A stretch of 64,000 bases of DNA from Octopus vulgaris. Taxonomy: Eukaryota. How positions within the stretch are numbered: position 1 is the stretch's first letter; each line of letters starts with the position of its first letter. The stretch is from the NCBI GenBank assembly GCA_951406725.2, contig OX597815.1:11284001-11348000 (forward strand). Reading direction: 5' to 3'. A program made the translations under genes and the position numbers. Positions 1-10,983 of this stretch are shown one piece after another. The notes beneath the pieces were generated by a model, which saw only the letters and a program-made list of their open reading frames with translations, was not told where the DNA came from and ran no database searches.

Positions 1-156
1 GGGAAATGAAGATACAGTATATGTGAGCCATGTTAAAAGAGTTGTTAGAGCACATTTTGTAATTTAGCTTTTCATCCTTAAACCTTTCTCACCATAATAC
101 AAAACACTTTCGGGCAACGTATTTGTTACGTTCAAGATTTATTTCTTTATTTCTGA

Positions 157-559
157 CTAGCAGTATCGCCCGGCGTTGCTCGGGTTTGTAAGGGAAATAA
201 CAATATAATCATTTTTAGAGATGTAAAGTATAATAGCCATCTCAATATGGCTAACCACAAAGGGGGGGGGGGTGTTACAGTAGCTTTTTACGTTCTGAGA
301 TTTAATAATAAATTTTTAGAGAGTTACTTCCCTTATATATGCCAAAAATGAATTAAAAATGGGAAAAATTGATGGTAATTTTTTTTTTAAATCGTAGACT
401 CATTGTAGACGCGCGCTAATACCCAGAAGGGCTCGATATGAATCACGACAATAAGATACCCGGTTAAACTGGTTAAACTGAACCGCAAAATGTGGGAGTG
501 GTTAGGAATCTAAATCGTAGGAGACAGACAGCACACAACCTCACTTTTATATATGAAGA
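157..559 (-). mobile_element. Non-autonomous Helitron (family H1), copy 1
   Basis: Minus strand reads A|TCTTCATATATAAAAG...CCCGAGCAACGCCGGGCGATACTG-CTAG|T. This gives a 5' TC, a subterminal GC hairpin, a 3' CTAG, insertion between A and T and no TSD. A near-identical copy lies at 50260-50654. Confidence 0.85.
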
Positions 560-792
560 TTACTCAAGTACTTGAATCTCAATATTTGTAATCTTTGCAT
601 CAGTGTATTGTTGTAGATTTACCAGCGGTACTTATCATGTGATGGGGAAAGTTATTCTACAAGGAGAGAAAATATATGAATTTATTATATTAAAGTTGAA
701 AACAAAGTCAACAGTGATGGTTTAATGATATTAAAGTATTTTATCTCTTCTCTGATATTACAACTACAACAACATATAAAGTTAAGTATGGC

Positions 793-796
<4 letters not shown>

Positions 797-858
<62 letters not shown>

Positions 859-890
859 ATATATATATGTATTTATATATATACATATAC

Positions 891-926
<36 letters not shown>

Positions 927-942
927 GTGTATATTTATATAT
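797..942. repeat. (TA)n microsatellite, first of dozens of TA/CA/TATG/GA/AAT/GAT/TATC tracts in the window
   Basis: Direct inspection. These tracts account for the YI/HT/VC/MYVC-type ORFs. Confidence 0.95.
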
Positions 943-1482
943 TGATTCGTGTTTCAATATTGAGGTGTAATATGATGTTAGAGTAGTTTGAAATAGATAA
1001 TTGCGTGATATTTTATAGAAAACTGCAAAGAAATTAAACGATTTAATATTGAGTCTAATTGAAACAATTCAATGATTACTAAAACGAGAAAACTGCTTCT
1101 CTAAGTTTCAAAATGTATTATGAAGAGTTCCACACATCAAGAAATTGTATGAGGTAGGAATGAATATGCAAGTGTGTATAATACACTTATTTCTATCGAG
1201 AAGAATAAATACGAAGGATTGAATTTTCGAGGTATAGAACACTAGATGTAAAATAATATACTTATGTGTGTATGTATTTGTATTTGTGTAAGTATGTATG
1301 TTTGTGTGTATCAATGCGCAAGAGTATGGACCTGTATGTATGTATGTATGTATGGGTGTGTGTGTGTGTGTGCGCGTGCACGTATGTGTGTGAATGAGTG
1401 TGTGTGTGCTTGTGTGTATGTGTGTTTATATATATATGCATAGATTTCAGATTTCGACATCCGGCGGTGGTCTAGTTTCTAT

Positions 1483-1700
1483 AGGGGCAGACGTGGCTGT
1501 GCTACAGGAGGTCTGCTTGAAAACAACATGGTTCCGAGTTCAGTTCCACTGCGTGGCACTTTTGGAAAGTGCCTTCTACTATAGCCTCGGGTGGAGGCCA
1601 TAGCCGTCTCTCAGTTTCCGTCTGCCAACCAAATCAACTATGCATATATCTTTTATCTTTTACTTGTTTCAGTCATTAAATTGCGGCCATGCTGGGGCAA
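1483..1700 (+). mobile_element. Degraded, rearranged tRNA-derived SINE (family A)
   Basis: GTGGCTGTG...CATGGTTCCGAGTTCAGTTCCACTGCGTGGCAC...CTACTATAGCCTCGGG matches the head of the copies at 42461 and 47527. It is followed by inverted body and tail fragments. Confidence 0.7.
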
Positions 1701-1729
1701 TATATATATATATATATATGTCTGTATGC

Positions 1730-1772
<43 letters not shown>

Positions 1773-1849
1773 TTGAGTTGTGGGGTATCGCACGAGTGGG
1801 ATTATATAAGAAAAAAGGTTTGAAAATGCAATTTAAACGATGTTTATTT

Positions 1850-1890
1850 ACTTAACCGGTTTCACTCTTTGGTAAAAGATTGTCAAAAGT
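1850..1890 (-). ncRNA. Minimal type I hammerhead ribozyme motif, U3-A8 core variant (left arm copy)
   Basis: ACUU-UUGACAA-UCUUUUACCAAAGAGU-GAAA-CCGG-UU-AAGU. Stem I is ACUU/AAGU, stem II is CUUUU/AAGAG, stem III is the palindrome ACCGGU, and the cleavage triplet is GUU. AAUAAA follows immediately. Confidence 0.65.
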
Positions 1891-1920
1891 TACATTTAAG
1901 GAAACATTGAATAATATGGG

Positions 1921-2132
1921 TTCAAAAAAGTTTTTTACATAATTGTCACATTGAATATTATGCATTCAAAAAAGTTTTTTACATAATTGTCACATTGGAT
2001 ATTATGGGTTCAAAAAAAGTTTTTTACATAATTGTCACATTGAATATTATGCATTCAAAAAAGTTTTTTACATAATTGTCACATTGGATATTATGAATTC
2101 AAAAATGTTTTTTTATACATAATTGTCACATT
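1921..2132. repeat. ~44-bp tandem repeat, ~5 units, inside the PLE arm (mirrored at ~6283-6505)
   Basis: Unit TTCAAAAAAGTTTTTTACATAATTGTCACATTG(A/G)ATATTATG(CA/GG), with two alternating variants. Confidence 0.9.
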
Positions 2133-3514
2133 ATTTGGGAAAATTTGGCAGAAAAGGATAAAACAAATATATTATTGGGAATTGGTTGCGTTAATTATTG
2201 GTTGTCGCAAATTGTCACATTACATGTATATATATACAATCTTTGGTATATATATACAGCGTTTTGACAGCAAAAATTAAAATGGATTTTTTGTCCATCT
2301 CAGAATATTTTAAGTATGTTTTTACTGACCTGTCAGTATTAGCAGAAAGGCTGAACTGAGAGAACAGAAGTAGCCAATGTGGTGTATACTTCCCCTTTAT
2401 GCATGAATGATTTTGGGGTTATCAGGAGGTTAGTATGCGGGTGTGAATAGATGTGTCCGTGCCTGCTGGTCAGACAGCGTCTGTTTGTCACACACATATA
2501 TATACACACAAACACACACACACACACAACAACACACACACACACACACATAGTATACAAACACAAACCACATACAAACACACACACACACACACAGAAC
2601 ACACACAACGCACCCACATATATCACATATACACACAGCACACAAATATAACATGTATCTATATATAACATACACAGATATATAACACACATACACACAC
2701 ACACACACAACACACGCACACATACATACATAATATAAATATCACACAAATACACCTAGCATATATATATACACACATACAATACACACATACAGCATGT
2801 AAGTAATATACATACACAATATATGCATGCAATATACATACGCAATACATACATATAATATATATATATATAGACAATGCATATACATATATACACATAT
2901 ACATATAAATAGTGTTTACATACACATACATAGATGTACCACATATACACACAACACACATACATACAATGCATACACATACACGTACGCATACATATAA
3001 TATATATATACACACACACACATAACATACATACACACACAATGCATACATATATATACACGCAATGCATATACATGTATTCATGCACATATAGCACACC
3101 TACAATATACATATATACAGTGCACACATACACACAAATATATACACTTAATTGTACACGTACATATACAATACACATACATACAATATACATATATACA
3201 ATGCGCATGCAAATAATGTACATGTTTATACACACATAAACATGCAAATAAATATACACACACACACATACACACACACACATATATATACACACATATA
3301 TATATATATACACACATACATACATACATACATGCACATACATATATTTTTTCACACACATACACACACACATATATATATATAAAAATTCACCACCCCC
3401 ACACACACAAATTACAAACCTATAGCGTACACACTCAAATATATCTCTACATGCCGCACATACACACAAACAAAGTACTAACATATACACACATACCGTG
3501 CATATACACACACA

Positions 3515-3561
<47 letters not shown>

Positions 3562-3928
3562 GATACATATGTAAATACATACACACGTATACAATGCTCA
3601 CACACACACACACACACACATACACACACACCCGCACACAGTGCACACACACACACACATATATACACACGTGCACACACACAAACACATACAACGCGCG
3701 CACACACACATATACACACACACGCACACAGTGCACACACACACACACACACACATACATCAACTACATATATATAATGCATGCGTGTGCATGCCACGTA
3801 TGTGTGCGGTCAATGCCCGCTAGTGTGTCCTATGCGTGCCGATGCGCGCATGTGCCCGCCCGCACGATATGCTGTGAGCGTGCGCGCGTCCCTGTGTGCT
3901 TGCTCTGGATGTGCTTCCAGGGGGTATG

Positions 3929-4765
3929 TTAGAGTATGTTTAGTTGTGGTCTGTATTTTTGAATAAGATTACTTTCCTTATTTATTCGTGTTTGGTCTGT
4001 GGTGTTGTCCGAGCATTGGTATAGTGGGAAGACTAAGAATTTTGGGGACTTATTGTGTGCACAAAGGTCTAAGTGTCCACTTAGTGGTATCTGTCTTGTG
4101 GAGGGGTCCCTCAGTTGTTGTCGGTGAACTGTCATTCTGTCTCTGAGGGTAAGGCTCGTTTGCCCTATGTAGTCTTCGTGGCATCCTTCACACCTTATGA
4201 CGTAGAGTAAATTTTTTGATGCGCACGTGAAGTTATTTTTTATGATGAATGTGTGTCCCGAGTGGAACTTGTACGACGATCCCTCAATGAGGTGGATGCA
4301 GGTCTTACAGTTGGGGCGACCACATTTTTTGATGGTGGGCGGTGGGTTTGTGTTGTGTAATTTTGCGTTGGTGAGGAGGTTTTTTAGGGATTTAGGTTGT
4401 CTCTTACTTTTTATTATTTTATGAGCTGCCAGTATTTTTTTCAGGCGTGGGTCTTGATTTAGTTGTGGAATGTTGTTGTATATAATAGTGTAAGCTTCTG
4501 CATTCCTTGGGTTGTGTGTTGAGAGATAAGGAGGCTATTGACTGAACTGTGGATGTGTTTGGGTTTTCGAAGGTCTTGAATGTTGATTGATTTGGCCCGT
4601 TCTATTCCGTTGTCTACTAGTGATGCCGGGTAATGTCTTTCGAGAAGAATTGCCCTTAGTTCCCGGAGTCTTCTATTTCGTGTTGTGTCATTTGAGACAA
4701 TAGTGCAGATTCTTCTCGCTAGGTTGAAGGGGATATTTGTCTTTGTGTGTTTTGGGTGATTGGAG
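3929..4765 (-). pseudogene. PLE polyprotein C-terminus: RT thumb, Cys-rich linker and GIY-YIG endonuclease; 5'-truncated, one frameshift near 4530
   Basis: SNHPKHTKTNIPFNLARRICTIVS...LLERHYP is a PLE thumb motif. After a 1-nt frameshift the frame reads YLSTHNPRNAEAY...KRQPKSLKNLL...KCGRPNCKTCIHL...FTCASKNLLYVIRCEGCHEDYIGQTSLTLRDRMTVHRQQ...LSGHLDLC...RINKESNLIQKYRPQLNIL*. This contains the GIY-YIG motifs (LLY...YIG), the conserved Arg, Glu and Asn, and CCHH-type Cys/His residues. Confidence 0.93.
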
Positions 4766-5093
4766 GTGCACTGTGTGCGGGTGTGTGTGTATGTGTGTGT
4801 GTGTGTGTGTGAGCATTGTATACGTGTGTATGTATTTACATATGTATCTTTTTTATATATATATATATATATATATGTATATGTCTGTGTGTGTTGTGTG
4901 TGTATATGCACGGTATGTGTGTATATGTTAGTACTTTGTTTGTGTGTATGTGCGGCATGTAGAGATATATTTGAGTGTGTACGCTATAGGTTTGTAATTT
5001 GTGTGTGTGGGGGTGGTGAATTTTATATATATATATGTGTGTGTGTATGTGTGTGAAAAAATATATGTATGTGCATGTATGTATGTATGTATG

Positions 5094-5124
<31 letters not shown>

Positions 5125-6604
5125 ATGTGTGTGTGTGTATGTGTGTGTGTGTATATTTATTTGCATGTTTATGTGTGTATAAACATGTACATTATTTGCA
5201 TGCGCATTGTATATATGTATATTGTATGTATGTGTATTGTATATGTACGTGTACAATTAAGTGTATATATTTGTGTGTATGTGTGCACTGTATATATGTA
5301 TATTGTAGGTGTGCTATATGTGCATGAATACATGTATATGCATTGCGTGTATATATATGTATGCATTGTGTGTGTATGTATGTTATGTGTGTGTGTGTGT
5401 ATATATATATTATATGTATGCGTACGTGTATGTGTATGCATTGTATGTATGTGTGTTGTGTGTATATGTGGTACATCTATGTATGTGTATGTAAACACTA
5501 TTTATATGTATATGTGTATATATGTATATGCATTGTCTATATATATATATATTATATGTATGTATTGCGTATGTATATTGCATGCATATATTGTGTATGT
5601 ATATTACTTACATGCTGTATGTGTGTATTGTATGTGTGTATATATATATGCTAGGTGTATTTGTGTGATATTTATATTATGTATGTATGTGTGCGTGTGT
5701 TGTGTGTGTGTGTGTGTATGTGTGTTATATATCTGTGTATGTTATATATAGATACATGTTATATTTGTGTGCTGTGTGTATATGTGATATATGTGGGTGC
5801 GTTGTGTGTGTTCTGTTCTGTGTGTGTGTGTGTTGTTTGTATGTGGTTTGTGTTTGTATACTATGTGTGTGTGTGTGTGTGTTGTTGTGTGTGTGTGTGT
5901 GTTTGTGTGTATATATATGTGTGTGACAAACAGACGCTGTCTGACCAGCAGGCACGGACACATCTATTCACACCCGCATACTAACCTCCTGATAACCCCA
6001 AAATCATTCATGCATAAAGGGGAAGTATACACCACATTGGCTACTTCTGTTCTCTCAGTTCAGCCTTTCTGCTAATACTGACAGGTCAGTAAAAACATAC
6101 TTAAAATATTCTGAGATGGACAAAAAATCCATTTTAATTTTTGCTGTCAAAACGCTGTATATATATACCAAAGATTGTATATATATACATGTAATGTGAC
6201 AATTTGCGACAACCAATAATTAACGCAACCAATTCCCAATAATATATTTGTTTTATCCTTTTCTGCCAAATTTTCCCAAATAATGTGACAATTATGTATA
6301 AAAAAACATTTTTGAATTCATAATATCCAATGTGACAATTATGTAAAAAACTTTTTTGAATGCATAATATTCAATGTGACAATTATGTAAAAAACTTTTT
6401 TGAACCCATAATATCCAATGTGACAATTATGTAAAAAACTTTTTTGAATGCATAATATTCAATGTGACAATTATGTAAAAAACTTTTTTGAACCCATATT
6501 ATTCAATGTTTCCTTAAATGTAACTTTTGACAATCTTTTACCAAAGAGTGAAACCGGTTAAGTAAATAAACATCGTTTAAATTGCATTTTCAAACCTTTT
6601 TTTT

Positions 6605-6612
<8 letters not shown>
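4766..6612 (+). repeat. Right arm of ~1.85 kb inverted repeat (inverted pseudo-LTR)
   Basis: Reverse complement of 1803-3646. It joins the truncated ORF at the palindromic hexamer GTGCAC (4766-4771). Confidence 0.95.
6523..6563 (+). ncRNA. Minimal type I hammerhead ribozyme motif, U3-A8 variant (right arm copy)
   Basis: ACTT-TTGACAA-TCTTTTACCAAAGAGT-GAAA-CCGG-TT-AAGT, identical to the copy at 1850-1890. Confidence 0.65.
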
Positions 6613-6671
<59 letters not shown>

Positions 6672-6680
<9 letters not shown>

Positions 6681-7182
6681 GATAAAAAATTTTCGAAAAA
6701 ATTTTATCAATGGCCAGCATATTAAAAAAATACCTTTAAAGGTTAAATTTTATAAACAACTTATAAACAAGGGCAAAAAAGAAAAAAAAATCTAATGCCA
6801 AATATGCCGAAATATAGACTTATTCCTCAATAACCATATAATTTATCACTATAAGCACGTGTCTCGAAAGCAAGCCGATAGAAATTTCTAAAAAAAATTC
6901 GTTATTATCAGGTCTGTCCCAATTTCTGAGTTAATTCATTTAGAATTTTCTCCTCATCAGCGATAAATTCGTATTTATCGCTGATGACGAGAAAATTCTA
7001 AATGAATTAACTCAGAAATTGGTACCGATCCGGTAATTACGAAATTGTTTTAGAAATTTCTATCGGCTTGCTTTCAAGACACGTGCTTATAGTGATAAAT
7101 TATATGGTTATTGACGAATAAGTCTATATTTCGGCATATTTGGCATTAGAATTTTTTTGTTTTGCCCTTGTTTATAAGTTGT
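6672..7182. mobile_element. Non-coding fold-back element (~210-bp arms, 6756-6968 and ~6973-7182) with an HHR in each arm and a one-sided ~85-nt tail; flanked by TA tracts
   Basis: Arms are near-perfect reverse complements centred at ~6970 (CGATAAAT-TCGT-ATTTATCG). (TA)n lies on both sides. Confidence 0.85.
6975..7036 (+). ncRNA. Type I hammerhead ribozyme, canonical core
   Basis: UUAUCG-CUGAUGA-C GAG AA AAUUC UAAAU GAAUU AA CUC A-GAAA-UUGGUACCGA-UC-CGGUAA. Stem I is 6 bp, stem III is the near-palindrome AUUGGUACCGAU, and AUC cleavage is predicted after C7030. The opposite-arm copy (minus strand, ~6905-6966) has a mutated cleavage site. Confidence 0.8.
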
Positions 7183-7200
7183 ATATATATATATATATAT

Positions 7201-7860
7201 AAAGTGGTTGTTCCTTGTCACTACTAGTTTAACTCGGGGCAGATCTTCTGCTAGCTAGTTGTCGGTGCGGCGCTGTACATATATATTGCTAGCAGGAGGA
7301 GCGAACCCCTACCTTCTTCTTTTAGACAACAGAAACTGAGACTGACTCAATTTCAAGCCGGTTGGATCATCTTCAGTCGCGAAAACTTCGTCGCCAAAAC
7401 AATAGAGCCAGGGTCTTCTCCAGCCGGTTTTATATTGTATACAAAGTAACTATTGGTTACTGATTTACAACAAGCAAAGTAGCTAGATGTAAAATCTCAA
7501 TAAGAGATCAGAGCAGTAACTATACAAATAAGGAAAGTTAATCGCCATATCAAAGTGGCTGTTCCATGTTACTAATAGTTTAGCCCCAGGCAGATATTCC
7601 ATGAGATTGCTATTTGTGCAGCGTTGCAGCCTGTATATACATATATATTGTTAGCAGGGGGTACGAACTCCTACCATCCTCTAGCAGACACCAGGATCGC
7701 GAGGATGGTAGGGGTTCACCAGGGGATAGTAGTGGTTTGCTCCTTCAGCTACCAATATATATGTATAAACAGGGTGCAACACCGTACCGATAACCAACTG
7801 ACGGAAGATCTGCCTGAGATAAAACTAGTAGTAACATGAAGCAGCCTATTTTACTGTTAC
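7201..7860. mobile_element. Degraded pLTR-like element: direct repeat (7201-7330 and 7551-7695) plus an inverted copy (~7705-7850), with a decayed HHR on the minus strand at ~7335-7380
   Basis: AAAGTGG(T/C)TGTTCC...TAGTTTA...GGCAGAT...ATATATATTG(C/T)TAGCAGG appears twice forward and once reversed. The minus strand reads CTGAAGA-TGATCCAACCGGCTT-GAAA-TTGAGTCAG-TC. Confidence 0.6.
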
Positions 7861-7926
<66 letters not shown>

Positions 7927-7932
<6 letters not shown>

Positions 7933-8324
7933 ATATTTCGGAATGGTCATTTTGCCAGTTTAGCCAATAAAAACACACGCACTATATATTTGGTGTTATT
8001 TTGCTTCAGTGTTATTTATTTTTTACATTAATCTTAATCTTATTTCGGCCAGAGTTCTTTCGTCACACTCCTGTGGCCGCATCAGTGGTCCTTTGCTTTC
8101 TTCTTTCTTATTTGTGTCTCTCCTTACTAACCGTCAGCCATTTTGTATTTCTATTGTATGTCTTCATTTGCGGTCACAGGAGTGTGACGAAAGAACTCTG
8201 GCCGAAATAAGATTAAGATTAATGTAAAAAATAAATAACACTGAAGCAAAATAACACCAAATATATAGTGCGTGTGCTTTTATTGGCTAAACTGGCAATA
8301 TGACCATTCCGAAATATAACAATA
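7927..8324. mobile_element. Fold-back (MITE-like) element with ~155-bp inverted arms, next to TA tracts
   Basis: ATTGTTATATTTCGGAATGGTCA...CTCCTGTGGCCGCA pairs with TGCGGTCACAGGAG...TGACCATTCCGAAATATAACAAT across a ~90-bp pyrimidine-rich spacer. Confidence 0.85.
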
Positions 8325-8387
8325 TCTGTTTCAACACACGACTTCACATAAAAAAATCTTGCACAACAAATATTTAAACGTATATAT

Positions 8388-8474
<87 letters not shown>

Positions 8475-8704
8475 TAAAAACGGTAAGATAACAAAAGAAA
8501 GAAAGCGACCTCGATATTATGTAAATAGAGGAATTTATCAGTAAATGTAATATGTGACAATTATTCAGTAGCTAAGATCAAACACTTCGGTAGCCAAGAT
8601 AAAACACGATAAAACGGATGCCGAAGTAGAAATCCACACCACTATCTCTTCAGTTATCCGGCCATCGGAAAAAAACCTTATTTCTCTCTCTCTCTCTCTC
8701 ACCA

Positions 8705-8753
<49 letters not shown>

Positions 8754-8759
8754 ACAAGA

Positions 8760-9222
8760 CTATGTGATAAGTAGTTTGCTTGCAAACTACATGATTCAGT
8801 GCTCAGTCACGCTGATCACAGGATGGTGTGTTTACGTTCCCGTAACCTAGCGATTCGATAAAGGGGAACATAGAAATACCGGAATTAACAAAAATGAAAG
8901 TAGCCGGGTAGATTCATTCGACTAACAAGAAAGTCCTGAATACAGTGCCCCAGCATGGCCACGCCCTAATGAATAATACAAGCAAAACATAAAAGAAAAG
9001 ATATATTTGATCGTATCTTCGTGTCTGTGTTCCCGTCACCACCATTGTGTTGGTATGTTTATGGTCTCGTAGTACAAACTTGATGGTTCGACGAGGGAGA
9101 TAGATTGAATAAGTACCAGGCTTTAAACAAACAAGTCCTGGGGCCAATTCGATCGACTAAAATCCTTTAAGCCGGTGTCTCACCATAGCCACAGTCTTAA
9201 GAATGAAACAAGTAAAAAATAA
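8760..9222 (+). mobile_element. Two degraded SINE family A fragments in tandem
   Basis: GGTGTGTTTACGTTCCCGTAAC..., GTGCCCCAGCATGGCC and AATAAGTACCAGG...AAGTCCTGGGG...GAAACAAGTAAAA match the family A body and tail. Confidence 0.65.
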
Positions 9223-9332
9223 AAGCTGGTGTAATAAGAATATTGGAGCGATAAATTTTGGAGATTTAGAGTAAACTATCATTAGAAGAGTGGTAAGGGG
9301 GTAGAGTTTTAGAGCAGACATAAAATAAGGTA

Positions 9333-9334
<2 letters not shown>

Positions 9335-9363
<29 letters not shown>

Positions 9364-9735
9364 TGTATGTATGTATGTATGTATGTATGTATGTATGTAT
9401 GTGTGTATGTGTGTATGTATGTATGTGTGTATGTATGTATGTAAGTATGTATGTATGTATGTATGTGTGTATGTATGTATGTATGTATGTATGTGTGTAT
9501 GTATGTATGTGTGTGTATGTATGTATGTATGTTTGAATGTATCTATGAATCTATGTATGTATGTGTTACGTGTATCTATATATGTATATGTGTATATGTA
9601 TATATGTACGAATATTATATATGTATACATATACATAGATTCATTCATACAAACATGCATAGGTATATATATGTTATGCATGCATACATACATGCATACA
9701 TATACACATAGATTCATACATACATAAACAAACAT
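9335..9735. repeat. (TATG)n microsatellite with degenerate extension
   Basis: Direct inspection. Confidence 0.95.
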
Positions 9736-10456
9736 ATAATAATAATATTAGGGAGTAAATCCAAACTTACAGGGAAAAATTAGAATTAGGATTAAATCTA
9801 ATTTTACAGTATAAATAGAAATTGAATTAGCGATAAAACCACTATTAGGCAAATATTTTTATTTCTATGTTTTGGTTTATGTTTTACACTGTTTGATTTG
9901 CCTAATAGTGGTTTTATCTCAAATTTAATTTATATACAAACATATATATATATATAGGCATGGGATATAAATAAAAGATTAAGAAAATGTCATATGACTA
10001 CTTGTTGTTGGTGCAATGCTAAAAACTGTTAACACTTTCAATCAATGAGCTGGACAATTGTGTAGACCAATTGAGAACTACTGATATTTTCTCAGAGTTC
10101 CTGAAACCTATGGGAGCCAATGAGTATGTTCTCCTCAGATCAGAAACCTATCGCGAATGTAGTAGTACTGTAGTATTAAGTAGAATGAAGGAATACTCTA
10201 CCAACGAAGAACAAGAGACGAACGTACATTAAAATCAATAGAAGCTAGTGTTGCTATGTAGTAGCAATCGATTCATCTAAAGAATAGAGTAAATGTTATG
10301 CGATTAATAATTGATGTTACAATTTGTCAAATTTTCTTGATATTGGTATTATCTGCGGAATTTGGTTGAAATAATAGCTAAATAATTAATCAAAAACAGC
10401 TAAGTAGGATTTTAAGATACGAAACGCCACCGCTCTTGAATATATTACACCCACTA

Positions 10457-10495
<39 letters not shown>

Positions 10496-10675
10496 CCTTC
10501 TACTTGTTTCAGTCATTTGACTGCGGCCATGCTGGACCATCATCTTTTGCCGAACAAATCGACCCCACAACTTATTCTTTGTAGATTTTCGACTATAACT
10601 TAACAATTTTCACTTCGGAGAAATCCACCATTGTTTACAAGCATGAGCTAAGTCCCTTTCTAGCGACTGTGTAAC

Positions 10676-10734
<59 letters not shown>

Positions 10735-10886
10735 GATGATAACAGATATTTAAAATTTAGTCTTTTCAGTGACTGATTGAGAGGGATAAACAAACAGACA
10801 GGTGTTGTCACTTATTTATGTATGTGTGAATGGCTTCAGTCACACACACACGAGCATGCATGCGTACAAAGCACATGTATGCAATG

Positions 10887-10926
<40 letters not shown>

Positions 10927-10930
10927 GCCC

Positions 10931-10983
<53 letters not shown>

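Larger units (their letters stand above)
1803..3646 (-). repeat. Left arm of ~1.85 kb inverted repeat (PLE 3' UTR / pseudo-LTR)
   Basis: Reverse complement of 4766-6612, including the unique block at 2210-2490 (mirrored at ~5924-6200) and the CA/TA-rich interior. Differences are mostly microsatellite length changes. Confidence 0.95.
1766..6612 (-). mobile_element. Penelope-like element (Neptune-type, C-terminal GIY-YIG), 5'-truncated, with inverted pseudo-LTR arms, inserted in a (TA)n tract
   Basis: Coding remnant at 3929-4765. Arms 1803-3646 and 4766-6612 are reverse complements. An extra ~37 nt tail (1766-1802) is present on one side only. Each arm end carries an HHR motif, and (TA)n lies on both flanks. 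Confidence 0.88.

Noticed and set aside
1921-2132. CRISPR-like array (also 16921-17470 and 55620-56235)
   Set aside because: Contiguous tandem units with no unique spacers, no cas genes and a eukaryotic context.
2400-2440. SECIS-like ATGA...TGA motif in the PLE arm
   Set aside because: No convincing kink-turn stem with apical AA, it lies on the strand opposite the ORF in this arm, and there is no in-frame TGA in the visible ORF.
1803-6612. Large DNA transposon with long TIRs, or an assembly fold-back artefact
   Set aside because: The loop encodes a PLE thumb/GIY-YIG, not a transposase. The ends are asymmetric and the arms differ by indels, which favours a PLE inverted pLTR. An artefact cannot be fully excluded without reads.
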